From the NCBI GenBank assembly GCA_963675495.1, contig OY776215.1, positions 256,001-320,000 on the forward strand: a stretch of DNA of 64,000 nt, given 5' to 3'. The stretch comes from an uncultured Methanolobus sp. GTDB taxonomy: Archaea; Halobacteriota; Methanosarcinia; Methanosarcinales; Methanosarcinaceae. The translations under genes and the position numbers were made by a program. Positions 51,094-61,531 of the stretch are shown in pieces. The notes under the pieces were generated by a model. That model saw only the letters and a list, made by a program, of their open reading frames with translations. It ran no database searches and was not told the DNA's origin. Each line of letters begins with the position of its first letter. Position 1 is the stretch's first letter.

Positions 51094-51629
51094 CTTTTCT
51101 CCACCTTTTGATTTTTCAAAAAAGAACATTCAATTTTGAGTGCTTGTTTCACATTATTCATGACCTGGTTTTCTCGTCGAGTCCTCTGGAGAGTATCTCT
51201 CATAAGAAGCATATCTGTCCCTCGTAGATCCCCGAGTATCTACAATTTCAACCTCCTGGATTTTTTAGCACCGTTGGTTGCAGAAGGTCTTGGAACTCTT
51301 TAAGTGCTTACTAGTTCTAACATCGTCGGATTGTCCAATGTTTTTATCTGAGTAAAGTACAGATATAATCTTGCACTGAAGTTCCTGTTACTGTCAGGTT
51401 TCCCGCCATTAACTATCTTATTGTAATACATGTTAAAGCTTTCAAAAAAATCTGTTCAGACAAGATAGTTAATTAAATATGTGCATGTTGGGAAGTATGT
51501 TGCATTACATGGAAAAAAGAGCAGAAGGACGACAAATTATTTGGTTAAAATGTTTATGTAAATAAAAAGCTGCTGATATGGAAATACTAAGCACTAACAA
51601 ATTCCTTCCTTAGCAAAACGGAGCATAAA

Positions 51630-52103
51630 ATGAACAAGATCGAAATTCGAAAAGCAAATGCAAATGATCTCCCAAAAATGCAAGAAATTGCAAGACGGAC
51701 TATAGACAAATGCTATAAGTCATTTTTAGGAGATGAAAATGTTGACTGGTACATTAACAGCGGTGAATCAGATAAAGAGATCCAAAAACATATTGAGAAT
51801 ACTGATGTACTGATAAGAAACGATGAAATAATAGCTATGGCTATCTATTTTGAAGACTTCATTCATTTAATGATGGTTGATGTTGATCTTCAGCGTGGTG
51901 GTATTGGCTCACAACTTCTTGCTCATTGCGAGAAGCAAATTTCCAATCACGGTCATCTGACTATGCGTCTTGAAACATTTGAGGCAAATCATCAGGCAGT
52001 TCATTTCTACAAGAAAAATGGATGGACTATTACCAGGAAACAGAAAGAAGAAGAAATGGATGTGAGCAGGGTATTTTTAGAGAAAGAAGCAGCTCATAAG
52101 TGA
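51630..52103 (+). CDS. GNAT family acetyltransferase
   Basis: QRGGIGSQLL, NHQAVHFYKKNGW. Confidence 0.88.
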   Translation: MNKIEIRKANANDLPKMQEIARRTIDKCYKSFLGDENVDWYINSGESDKEIQKHIENTDVLIRNDEIIAMAIYFEDFIHLMMVDVDLQRGGIGSQLLAHCEKQISNHGHLTMRLETFEANHQAVHFYKKNGWTITRKQKEEEMDVSRVFLEKEAAHK

Positions 52104-52181
52104 CACAGTATTTGAAAAAAGATAAAAGAAAGAGTTCTACCTCTTTCCCAAGATTGTCTCCTAAACTAAACAACAGATCAT

Positions 52182-52598
52182 TTAAGCCCAACCAATCTGC
52201 TGGAGGGTGATCATATCATTCCAGATCTTAGTCATGTGTTTGATCAGATGGCCTTCGAATATCATCAGATAAGCATAGTCTGCTGCAGCGGTCTTACCTG
52301 TCGGCGGTACCGGACCTCCAGGACCTGTCTGTGTACCATGGAACACTGCACAGGCTGAAACGCTATTTCGTTCCTCGTCTTCCGCCAAGAAGAGCAGCTC
52401 ATAATGCCCATCAGGTATTGGTATCAGTAAGTTCTTCATCCATTCAGTGTACCCTTCCACCGTGTTTATTCCATCCAATGCACCTGCCTGAGCAGAGAAT
52501 GTTGCATCAGGCTGACAATATTGCATGCAGCCTTCCCATCCTTTTCCAGTTTCACATGCCTCGTAAAACAGTTTTGCTATTTCTAAATTTTTGCTCAC
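52182..52598 (-). CDS. SnoaL-like ester cyclase (NTF2 fold)
   Basis: FHGTQTG...PPTGK, HMTKIWND. Confidence 0.85.
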   Translation of the reverse strand: MSKNLEIAKLFYEACETGKGWEGCMQYCQPDATFSAQAGALDGINTVEGYTEWMKNLLIPIPDGHYELLFLAEDEERNSVSACAVFHGTQTGPGGPVPPTGKTAAADYAYLMIFEGHLIKHMTKIWNDMITLQQIGWA

Positions 52599-52720
52599 CT
52601 TTCAACCTCCATTTCCCGTCAAATATCATTCAACATAATATTTCAGCGTGATTCTATATATACCATTTCCAATCGCACTTTACACTAGGAACAAAGATCA
52701 ATAAAGGAAAATAATTTGTA

Positions 52721-53566
52721 TCAGATCGATATGAGGAGTATAGCGGTCAGAGAGGCTATTATTCCTATCCATTGACGTGAATCAAGTTGTTCTTTTAATA
52801 ATATACATGCCAACAATACTGTAACTGCAGGACTCAATGATGAAAGAATTGTGGCAACATCCAATCTCCCAGTTTCTAAAGCCAGAGCAAACAAGGTAAC
52901 ACCTCCCGTATTAAACAATCCTGCAAGGATAACTATCAGAATTGCATTATGTGTGGGTTTACTGATAGTCTTTGTTAACATTATGAATGCTGTTAGCATG
53001 ATAAATGCTGTAATTCTTGAAACTGTTAATGACCAGTAAATCGCAGTGGAACTGAAATTATCAATGGATATAAAAAACAAGCCAAATAATATACCTGCAA
53101 GTAGTGGATATTCCAGATCTTTTACCTTTAAATTCGATCTACTATCAATACTAACAATGAACCGTATTCCAATAAATGCAAAAATAAAACCCGTAATCTT
53201 AAAAATAGAAGGAATACCCTCATTTAAAATTGAATATATTACAGGTATGATTACCGATATGACCGCAGCCAGAGTAGCAACTATAGTCATTTTTCCTTTG
53301 GCCATACCCAAATATAATACTATCAACCCTGCAGCTCCAAAGAATCCGGCAAAAACACCCCATATGAGATTGTTGAGTGGTGGTGGGGTCTCTGAAAATG
53401 CAAATGCAAGAATTGGGAATGTAATAATACCCATAATTTGTGTGCCCAGAACCACATAATAAGCACTTGTCCGTCTGGCAGCATACCCTCCTACAAAATC
53501 CCCTGCACCCCATGATAGTGCAGATGCAAGCCCAAAAATAATCGCGAGAGTTTCGATAGGTATCAT
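52721..53566 (-). CDS. EamA/DMT family transporter
   Basis: SWGAGDFVGG, ten TMs, LSSLSPAVTVLLA..LLKE. Confidence 0.88.
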   Translation of the reverse strand: MIPIETLAIIFGLASALSWGAGDFVGGYAARRTSAYYVVLGTQIMGIITFPILAFAFSETPPPLNNLIWGVFAGFFGAAGLIVLYLGMAKGKMTIVATLAAVISVIIPVIYSILNEGIPSIFKITGFIFAFIGIRFIVSIDSRSNLKVKDLEYPLLAGILFGLFFISIDNFSSTAIYWSLTVSRITAFIMLTAFIMLTKTISKPTHNAILIVILAGLFNTGGVTLFALALETGRLDVATILSSLSPAVTVLLACILLKEQLDSRQWIGIIASLTAILLISI

Positions 53567-53658
53567 TTTATTTTCCCAGTGATTTTCAAATGTGCCACAC
53601 AACACCATAATTTTTTAAAAATATGGGTGTTGTATAAAAATAAATCGAGATTTTTAGT

Positions 53659-54063
53659 TCACTTCTCTTCAGCACCAAAATCTTTTAAGACCAATAGAGC
53701 TTCATCCGCTTTTTCTGTCTGCACAAATATGTGATCATGATAATACGCAGCCACTACATTTGCACTTATGCCATAAGATGCCAGTTTTGTTGCAACGGCC
53801 GCTGTTAAACCTACTGCATCCAGACTTGAATGGACTGTTAACGTGATCTGCTTAAATGTACTCTCATACGCTAATTGAGCTTTCTCTGCTGCTTCAACTG
53901 AAATTATTAAGCTTAAACCTTCTTTTTCCACAAAGCAAGCCAGTGGGCTCAAATGCGCATAATCAGAGTAGTTACCATCAACTGTACAAAACACATAGTC
54001 ACCACTTCGAATTTCAGGTTTCATGGATTTGAGCAACTCATCTAATTCAACAATTCCTACCAT
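53659..54063 (-). CDS. ACT domain protein (DUF2241/CASTOR-like)
   Basis: YVFCTV, EKEGLSL, VHSSLDAVGLTA, YYHDHIFV. Confidence 0.88.
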   Translation of the reverse strand: MVGIVELDELLKSMKPEIRSGDYVFCTVDGNYSDYAHLSPLACFVEKEGLSLIISVEAAEKAQLAYESTFKQITLTVHSSLDAVGLTAAVATKLASYGISANVVAAYYHDHIFVQTEKADEALLVLKDFGAEEK

Positions 54064-54254
54064 TATTTATGTTCTCCTTTTTATTGCTAGTGTTTCATAG
54101 ACGGTGGTCCATATGTTACTTACCGGCAAAATAATCATCTTACAAAATTCAGGATAAGTTCCATTTTATTTTTGTACCATACAGAGTTCTTTCCACAGGA
54201 CAGTAGACTTTTTTGTTATATCTCATGCTGATTAGTTTAGCGTTTTTTCCATGT

Positions 54255-54450
54255 TTTGCGATGAAGGTTACAACGGATTCACGTTCTATCAATGAAGAAG
54301 AACTTTAAAGGCCTTCGTAATTATGGCTTCTCCGACGAAGACATCTGGGACATTGCGGGTCTTACTGCTTTCTATAACCTTTCTAATCGCATGATGAACT
54401 TTGCTGCAGTACGCCCTGATGACGAATTCTACATGATGGGTCGTCAATGA
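54255..54450 (+). pseudogene. C-terminal remnant of a peroxidase-related AhpD/CMD-family enzyme
   Basis: FAMKVTTDSRSINEE / frameshift / FKGLRNYGFSDEDIWDIAGLTAFYNLSNRMMNFAAVRPDDEFYMMGRQ*. Confidence 0.7.
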
Positions 54451-54768
54451 TCTTACAGCTATGTGAATGAAAATCAAAATTCTAGCTATAAACTAAAAAG
54501 GAGATTTAATAATTTCCGTAAAAGCATCACTCACAATGCCTGTTACATAACAAACAACAAACACTTGTTTTGCACTTTGAGGATGAGGTTGACATCACAC
54601 TTCATTCCTTTATCTTTTCATTTGACATATAAAGGAACCTTTATTTAATATGTGTTGGCTAAATACTTTTGATAGATATCTCCTCTCCCACTACGGATGA
54701 AAACCAGAACTCAGGGACTATCGGAATTTAAAATCGCTGAAATAATCGTCCATTCAGGAAAGAAAATC

Positions 54769-55380
54769 ATGAACAAAATTCTTATTATTTTTGCCCATCC
54801 GGCAAAATCACATTCAAAAATCAATAACAATCTTCGTGCTGCTGTTGAAGGTCTTGAAAATGTAACCCTTAATGACCTTTATGCAAACTATCCGGATTTT
54901 CTGATCGATGTCAAAAGAGAACAAAGTCTCTGCGAAGATCATGATGTCATTATCTTCCAGCATCCATTCTATTGGTACTCAACTCCGTCAATTATAAAGG
55001 AATGGCTTGATCTGGTGCTTGAGTATGACTGGGCATATGGTTCAAAGGGCAATGCTCTTGAAGGGAAGCTTTTCCTGCAGGCTATCACGGCAGGTGGTGA
55101 CGCCAGTACCTACCAAAAAGATGGCTTTAATATCTTTACGATCAGGGAACTTACCACGCCATATTGCGCTATGGCAAAGCTATGCAAAATGAACTGGCTC
55201 CCCCCATTCGCAGTTCTTGGTATTCACGGGGGTCTGTCTGATGAAGAAATAAAGGTTCATGTAGAGGACTATCGTCGTACCATCATTGCACTGCGAGACG
55301 GCACACTGGATATTGAAAAAGCAAAGCAAGGTCAATATCTCAACAGTGATCTAGACTCAATTATCAGGAGGACGGAATAA
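54769..55380 (+). CDS. kefF: KefF/KefG-like NAD(P)H oxidoreductase (flavodoxin-2)
   Basis: [37 protein letters not shown]; coupled to kefC. Confidence 0.82.
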   Translation: MNKILIIFAHPAKSHSKINNNLRAAVEGLENVTLNDLYANYPDFLIDVKREQSLCEDHDVIIFQHPFYWYSTPSIIKEWLDLVLEYDWAYGSKGNALEGKLFLQAITAGGDASTYQKDGFNIFTIRELTTPYCAMAKLCKMNWLPPFAVLGIHGGLSDEEIKVHVEDYRRTIIALRDGTLDIEKAKQGQYLNSDLDSIIRRTE

Positions 55381-57236
55381 TGGAAAATTTCCTATTTCAG
55401 CTCTTTATTTTCCTGGCAGCAGCATCCATTGCCGTTCCTATTGCCAAGAAACTGGGTCTTGGCTCAGTGCTTGGATATCTCATAGCAGGTATTATCATTG
55501 GACCCTTCGGCCTCTCTCTCATTGCTGACATTGAAGAAGTCATGCATTTCACGGAGTTTGGCGTAGTTATGATGCTTTTCCTGGTCGGACTCGAACTCAA
55601 ACCATCACTGCTCTGGCAGATGCGTACACCTATAGTGGGAATGGGGGGGATGCAGGTTGTTCTGTCGAGTATCATCATTTCAGGTATAGCCCTTATCTTT
55701 CTGCCCTGGCAACAGGCAGTAGCCATTGGTCTTACTCTCTCCCTTTCCTCTACAGCTATAGTTTTGCAGACCCTGCGGGAAAAAGGACTGATGAATACTT
55801 CTTCCGGAAGATCCATATTTTCGGTTCTCCTTTTTCAGGACCTAGCAGTCATTCCTATGCTTGCGGTTCTACCATTCCTGGCAACAATTGCCATACATGA
55901 CGACGGGCATTCTGAGGCAGCTCTCTTTAACATCAGTGCACTGCCTGAATACATGCAGATCATTATTACTCTTCTTGCAATCCTATCTATTTTCTTCCTC
56001 GGTAAATATGCAAGCAGACCAATATTCAGGACCATTGCAGCTACACGGGTTAGGGAAATCTTTGTTGCTGCCGCTCTGGCCCTTGTAGTTGGGATTTCGA
56101 TACTTATGACCACAGTTGGTTTGTCCCCTGCTCTTGGAACCTTCCTTGCCGGCGTTGTCCTGGCAGGCAGCGAATACCGCCACGAGCTTGAAAGTGATAT
56201 AGAACCATTTAAGGGCCTGCTACTGGGTATCTTCTTCATCTCCATTGGTGCCAGTCTCAACTTCACATTGATAGGGGAAGAGATCATGCTGATTGCAGGA
56301 CTTACTGCAGCTCTGATTGTTTTCAAATGGTTGGTCCTCGTAGGTACCGGCCTCATCTTTGGAATGGAGAAAAAAGACCTTTCATTCTTTGCTGTTGCTC
56401 TTGCCCAGGGAGGAGAATTCGCATTTGTCCTCTTCCAGTTTTCCAGGATCAACGGCGTATTGCCAAATCAAACCATAGAACCCCTTATTTCCGCAGTTGC
56501 AATCTCCATGTTCCTTACTCCTCTCCTCTTTCTAGTATATGAAAAGTTCAGTTCAAGTGCTCAGGGAGATGAAGAAGACCGGCGTGATTCAGACACAATC
56601 GATCATACCGGACACAAGGTCATTCTTGCCGGATTTGGACGTCTGGGGACTGACCTAGGTCGTTTCCTCATTTCTGCTGGTATCAAACCGGTCATTCTTG
56701 ATTATGATGCAGACAATGTGGATGTTCTGAGAAAATTCGGATTTGAGGTTTATTACGGAGATATTACACGACTTGACCTGCTTGAAGCCGCCGGAGCCGC
56801 TGAAGCCGAACTTTTGATAATCGCCATCGGTGATATAGAGAAATCAAGAAAGTTGATCGAATTGGCGGGTAAACACTATCCACACCTTAAAATAGCAGCT
56901 AATGCTTATGACCGTTCCTCTGCCTATGAGCTCATGGATATGGGAATAACTCATATTCGAAGGGAGACCTTTGGTAGTGCCCTGTCGCTTGGACAGGATT
57001 CCTTGCAACTTCTTGGCTTCGATCCTTATGAAGCACATAAATTGATGCGTATTTTCAGGAAAAAAGATAAAGAGACGATGCCTGAATTACACAAAATATG
57101 CCATAAAGATGAGGACAGTTACATATCAATGTATCAGAAGCATAATGAAGATCTTGAGGAATTAATGGCGCTCGATCTGAACTTGGACATGAAAGAAATT
57201 GATAAAGCCTGGACTGCTGCAAATCCGGAAAAATAA
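55380..57236 (+). CDS. kefC: KefB/KefC-type CPA2 potassium efflux protein
   Basis: [37 protein letters not shown] motif GFGR..YYGD, RET. Confidence 0.88.
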   Translation: MENFLFQLFIFLAAASIAVPIAKKLGLGSVLGYLIAGIIIGPFGLSLIADIEEVMHFTEFGVVMMLFLVGLELKPSLLWQMRTPIVGMGGMQVVLSSIIISGIALIFLPWQQAVAIGLTLSLSSTAIVLQTLREKGLMNTSSGRSIFSVLLFQDLAVIPMLAVLPFLATIAIHDDGHSEAALFNISALPEYMQIIITLLAILSIFFLGKYASRPIFRTIAATRVREIFVAAALALVVGISILMTTVGLSPALGTFLAGVVLAGSEYRHELESDIEPFKGLLLGIFFISIGASLNFTLIGEEIMLIAGLTAALIVFKWLVLVGTGLIFGMEKKDLSFFAVALAQGGEFAFVLFQFSRINGVLPNQTIEPLISAVAISMFLTPLLFLVYEKFSSSAQGDEEDRRDSDTIDHTGHKVILAGFGRLGTDLGRFLISAGIKPVILDYDADNVDVLRKFGFEVYYGDITRLDLLEAAGAAEAELLIIAIGDIEKSRKLIELAGKHYPHLKIAANAYDRSSAYELMDMGITHIRRETFGSALSLGQDSLQLLGFDPYEAHKLMRIFRKKDKETMPELHKICHKDEDSYISMYQKHNEDLEELMALDLNLDMKEIDKAWTAANPEK

Positions 57237-57282
57237 TGAGATATCGGGAAACCCAGAAGGGCTTTATTTTGAGACCATGAAC

Positions 57283-57346
57283 GCATTCATATATCTCTGA
57301 AATTTCAGCAGCTTAATGCAGTTGATTTCAGAGGATATATGCATGC
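57283..57346. repeat. Long imperfect inverted repeat
   Basis: GCATTCATATATCTCTGAAAT ... ATTTCAGAGGATATATGCATGC, about 21-bp stem with one bulge and one mismatch. Confidence 0.55.
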
Positions 57347-57580
57347 TAACAGATTTGATTTTTTATAGATTTTTACTTTTTTTATTATAAACATGTTAAT
57401 CGTTTCCCAATTATTTTCCATAATTTTATTGCAGTATACTTTTTGTAAGTGACTATTTAGAAGATCTGTATATATTATATGTATTATTGGGTGTATTTTA
57501 ATAGTGCAGAAGACGATTCATTAGATTTGATTACTTAAAAAGTATAGATAATGAAAAACTACATAACAGGAAGTGCAATC

Positions 57581-58393
57581 ATGAACAAGACCATATTAAT
57601 AACGGGGAGTACGGACGGTATTGGAAAACTTACTGCTACCAATCTAGCAAAAGAAGGACATTCTGTTTATATTCATGGAAGAAATCCAGAAAAGCTTTCT
57701 GAAGCAATTTCTGAAATCAAAGAGATAACAGGCAATGAAAATGTTGAAGGGTTTTTAGCAGATTTCTCTGATCTGGATTCTGTAAAACAAATGGCTGAAG
57801 ACATTAAAGCCAAAATTACAAAGATCGATGTTTTGATCAATAATGCTGGTGTTTTTAAAAGTCCTGTAGCAGACAATCAAGATGGTCTTGATCTTAGAAT
57901 GGTTGTAAATTATTTAGCCCCGTATTTACTGACGCATGAATTGATCTCTTTGTTAGGCAAAGGATCTCGTATTGTAAATTTAAGTTCAGCTGCACAATCG
58001 CCTGTCTCACATGAGGTATTACTAGGTAATGTAAAAAGATCTGATGATGAGACTTATGCGCAAAGTAAACTGGCACTAACTATGTGGAGTTTCTATCTGG
58101 CTGAGAAAATCTCTGTTGCTGAAGTTTCAGTGATCGCTGTAAATCCAGGATCATTGCTTAATACAAAAATGGCAAACGAAGCTTACGGACAACACTGGTC
58201 TTCAGCAGATAAAGGTGCAAATATTTTGCATAATCTGGCAGTTTCAAAAGATTATGATGGCATTACTGGAAAGTATTTTGATAATGATAAGGGAACTTTT
58301 GGAATGGCACATCCAGATGCTTACGATAAAACAAAAATTACCGATCTTATGGATGTAACTGATAACCTGCTTAATTTGGAGAAACAAAAATGA
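57581..58393 (+). CDS. Short-chain dehydrogenase/reductase
   Basis: TGSTDGIG, NNAG, NLSS, YAQSK. Confidence 0.92.
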   Translation: MNKTILITGSTDGIGKLTATNLAKEGHSVYIHGRNPEKLSEAISEIKEITGNENVEGFLADFSDLDSVKQMAEDIKAKITKIDVLINNAGVFKSPVADNQDGLDLRMVVNYLAPYLLTHELISLLGKGSRIVNLSSAAQSPVSHEVLLGNVKRSDDETYAQSKLALTMWSFYLAEKISVAEVSVIAVNPGSLLNTKMANEAYGQHWSSADKGANILHNLAVSKDYDGITGKYFDNDKGTFGMAHPDAYDKTKITDLMDVTDNLLNLEKQK

Positions 58394-59265
58394 ATTATAC
58401 CGGACCTGTCTACAGACCTCCTTATGAGGCAAACAGTTTGTTACTTCAAGTAACAGTAGGATGTGCTCATAATAAGTGTGTTTTTTGTACAATGTATAAA
58501 GATGTTCAATTCTCTATTGAGCCTCTGGAACAAATTGAAAGAGATCTTCAAGAAGCAAAGCAACAATATGGCAATGTTAAAAGAGTATTTTTGGTAAATG
58601 GAGATGCATTTGTATTATCTGCCCGTCGCCTTAAACCTATAGCAGAATTGATTATAAAATATTTCCCTGATGTTGAAGTCATTACTATGTATGCTTCGAT
58701 TTCAAATGTCAAAGCTAAAACTGATGAAGAACTTCATGAATTGCGTGAATTGAAAATAAACGATCTGTGGATGGGTCTGGAATCCGGAAATGAAGAAACT
58801 CTCAAGTACATGAATAAGGGTTTCGCTCTTAAAGATTCATACGAGCAATTAGAAAGATTGAATAAAGCTGGGATAAGGCATATTGACATTTTCATATTCG
58901 GAGCAGCAGGCAGAGGCAAAGGTATTCAAAATGCAATTGATAATGCGAAATTGATCAATGCAACAAGACCTTCCGGCATATCAATAACTACTATGGGTGC
59001 TTTCGGAGATAGTCAATTAGCAAAAGATGCTGAAAATGGCAAATTTATACCAGCAACTGAATTGGAAGTTCTTGAAGAACAGAAAAAACTCATTGAGCTG
59101 GTAGAAGTTGAAAGTGCATATTTAGGCATACATGGCATTAATACAGTTACTTTTGATGCGATGCTTCCAAGAGATAGAGACAAAGCTATTAAGAAAATAG
59201 ATAATGCAATTGAAACATTAGATGATGAGTTCTTAAATAGTGTACCAAAACGTCATGCAATTTAA
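58390..59265 (+). CDS. Radical SAM protein
   Basis: YRPPYEA..QVTVGCAHNKCVFC, GDAF, GLESG; ATGA overlap with the SDR. Confidence 0.88.
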   Translation: MNYTGPVYRPPYEANSLLLQVTVGCAHNKCVFCTMYKDVQFSIEPLEQIERDLQEAKQQYGNVKRVFLVNGDAFVLSARRLKPIAELIIKYFPDVEVITMYASISNVKAKTDEELHELRELKINDLWMGLESGNEETLKYMNKGFALKDSYEQLERLNKAGIRHIDIFIFGAAGRGKGIQNAIDNAKLINATRPSGISITTMGAFGDSQLAKDAENGKFIPATELEVLEEQKKLIELVEVESAYLGIHGINTVTFDAMLPRDRDKAIKKIDNAIETLDDEFLNSVPKRHAI

Positions 59266-59423
59266 AGCATATTTAGAAGAATGATGAATAATGAGTATTT
59301 CATCCGGATAAGCTCGTGATCTTAGTAAGCTTCCCTATACTCCTGAAAGGCACGACTTAGAGGATGTCAGATAAAAAAGACTGGGTCTTTCTCACTCTGA
59401 TTAGAATTATTCTAGAAAAATAG

Positions 59424-59456
59424 AAAAAAAAAGGGAAACCAAAAATTTGGTTTCCC
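59424..59456 (-). terminator. Intrinsic terminator of the TRAM gene
   Basis: GGGAAACCAAA-AA-TTTGGTTTCCC hairpin followed by a T9 tract on the minus strand. Confidence 0.7.
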
Positions 59457-59489
59457 GATTAGATGTTAAATTAGTTAGTAACTCTGAGA

Positions 59490-59693
59490 TTAAGCAAGTT
59501 CGCCAAATGCGAATTTACTCATTACTTTTGTTACTTTGATTGTTACTTCGTCGCCGACCTTTGTTTCGGGGACAAAGACTACAAATCCGCTGACTCTTGC
59601 GATTCCGTCGCCTTCTCTTGCGATATCTTCAATTGTCACATCATAAGTTTCCCCAGCTTCTACCGGAGCATCTGACTGCATTTTATTAAACAA
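59490..59693 (-). CDS. Single TRAM domain RNA chaperone (cold-shock type)
   Basis: APVEAGETYDVTIEDIAREGDGIARVSGFVVFV; likely TTG start at 59693. Confidence 0.92.
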   Translation of the reverse strand: MFNKMQSDAPVEAGETYDVTIEDIAREGDGIARVSGFVVFVPETKVGDEVTIKVTKVMSKFAFGELA

Positions 59694-60037
59694 ATATTTC
59701 ACGTCCTTATTGATTAGCTTAAAAAGAAACACATAATTTGGTTAAAATATGGAAAAACAGTAAATTTGAATAAACAAATACTATCTGAACCTATAATTAG
59801 CAAACCAGTTTAAACCTCTAAAAGCACATGTAGTATACTAAGGATACTATATAAAGTTGTTCTTCGGAACCTATATATCATAAATAAAATATATAATATG
59901 TGTTGCAGGTGGAGTGCCTGGAAGTACTGGAATGAGTGCTCAAAAATCGTGTATCTGATTAACAAGTTTATGCCTTTTTAATCATCAAGAAATAGTCATA
60001 AAGCTTGCTAAAAGGCAAAAATTGGCATTTTCCCATT

Positions 60038-61300
60038 TTACTTTTTCGTCAGGAATGCCAGTGCGAGTATTGCAGAACAGAACAATGCACTAAATCCATT
60101 CATTGTAGTGCTATTTTCCTCGCTTTTAGCAGAAGGATAACTCACACTTTGCATTCCAATATCCTCCTCTGTGTATTCACCTTTAAAGCTCTCCATTTGA
60201 TCGTCCCATTCCTCGTCCCCAAGATCCACAACAGTTCCCGCATAGCCATCCTGGACAGTGAGCTTTTCACCTTTATAGAGATCAATGATCTCATTAGAGG
60301 TTGTTACTTTAACAATCCCATCCTGAACGTAGATGCTGTCAACAGACAGGTCAGGATCGTGTAAAACTGTAAACTCAGTCCCCTTAACCCCTATCACGGT
60401 TTTGGGAGTGGTAACGAAAAGATACGTTCCACTCAATTTCTGTATTCTTGCCCAGACTCCACCAAAAAAGAGTTTGATAACCCTGATGTTTTCATTTGGT
60501 TCTTCCTCCTCAACTTGCGTAGATATCTCGACGAACGATCTTTCTTCCATCCTGATACGGGATCTGCCATCATCAAAATTCAAAGTTACCTTTGCTCCCC
60601 TCAGTGTCTTTATTTGGTCACCTTGGTGTATCCCGTTCTTTTCATTGATCTTTTCCCATTTGTCAGACCACGGATGCAGTACTTCCACCCGTCCTTCAAT
60701 TGATTCGACAATTCCAACAACTTCTGTGATACTAACCTTCGGAGCTGAGATGTAGGTTTCATCAACATATGCTTTTGAATGTTGTTCAAGAACAGATGCT
60801 ATCCCGTAATTCGAATGATCCACAATTGAAATGACAATATTATGATACTTGAAAACTATAAGCTGGAACTTGATGTTATTAATTTGAGCATCATAAGCGA
60901 TCCTGTCAAACTGCATCCCGCTCTCAGCGGCTTTCACATCTGTTCCATAGAATCCGGATTCCACACCTTCTATCAGTTCTGCCTGACGAAGCTGGAAATA
61001 ACTGTTTGCATGAGCTTCAGAGAAAAGATTTGCCATGGCGATCTCATAACCATATCCAGATTCATCACCGTAAACAAATACAAGCTCTTCACCGATGAGC
61101 TCTCCATTTGCATCCTGCAGTCCACAGCTTGTTTCCGACCCCAGCTCAAAACCATAAATACTTTCCGGGGAATCCGCAGCATTGCACGCCGGGGTAATAC
61201 AAAGGAAAAGGAAGAATATGAGGGCTATTTTGCAGATTTCAGGTTGTAATAATCGCTTACTTAGAAAAGTCCAATTACCATATTTTCCGGTAGATAGCAT
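60038..61300 (-). CDS. Surface protein with a FecR-like domain and a PGF-CTERM-like tail
   Basis: Signal peptide; GDQIKT..GAKV.L.F.DG, TPKTVIGVKGTEF, VQDGIV; tail NGF-TM-KK. Confidence 0.72.
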   Translation of the reverse strand: MLSTGKYGNWTFLSKRLLQPEICKIALIFFLFLCITPACNAADSPESIYGFELGSETSCGLQDANGELIGEELVFVYGDESGYGYEIAMANLFSEAHANSYFQLRQAELIEGVESGFYGTDVKAAESGMQFDRIAYDAQINNIKFQLIVFKYHNIVISIVDHSNYGIASVLEQHSKAYVDETYISAPKVSITEVVGIVESIEGRVEVLHPWSDKWEKINEKNGIHQGDQIKTLRGAKVTLNFDDGRSRIRMEERSFVEISTQVEEEEPNENIRVIKLFFGGVWARIQKLSGTYLFVTTPKTVIGVKGTEFTVLHDPDLSVDSIYVQDGIVKVTTSNEIIDLYKGEKLTVQDGYAGTVVDLGDEEWDDQMESFKGEYTEEDIGMQSVSYPSAKSEENSTTMNGFSALFCSAILALAFLTKK

Positions 61301-61531
61301 AATTGGTCTTTGTCCCTAACATTTAAGAGAATTACGATAAGATCACATAAATTAAAGGATACGTTTTCTCAAAAGGTACACTCCACTATATGAAACAAAA
61401 TACGAAGGCAGGTAAGCCTTTTACACTCAATGCACCTGTGAGAGAACGATTGGAAATGTGGAGTGGGTGTTGAAGAAAATATATTTTGTGAAATAGGAAA
61501 TTAAAAAAATAAAAGAAATAGTACTTCCTCT

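Noticed and set aside
51130-51420. Possible decayed gene upstream of the DHFR-like gene
   Set aside because: Coding-like composition, but multiple stops in the frames I read and no recognisable family
54530-54570. AAC-rich stretch as a possible DGR template repeat
   Set aside because: Too short, with no similarity to the 47770-47880 segment
55397-56452. Antisense ORFs (139 and 205 aa) within kefC
   Set aside because: Shadow ORFs opposite hydrophobic TM codons
59280-59375. Short coding-like fragment (DLSKLPYTPERHDLEDVR*)
   Set aside because: Too short to assign; no start or family recognised
61340-61500. Short ORF or hairpin between the FecR-like and QueG-like genes
   Set aside because: ORF under 35 codons and only a weak stem; not distinguishable from chance
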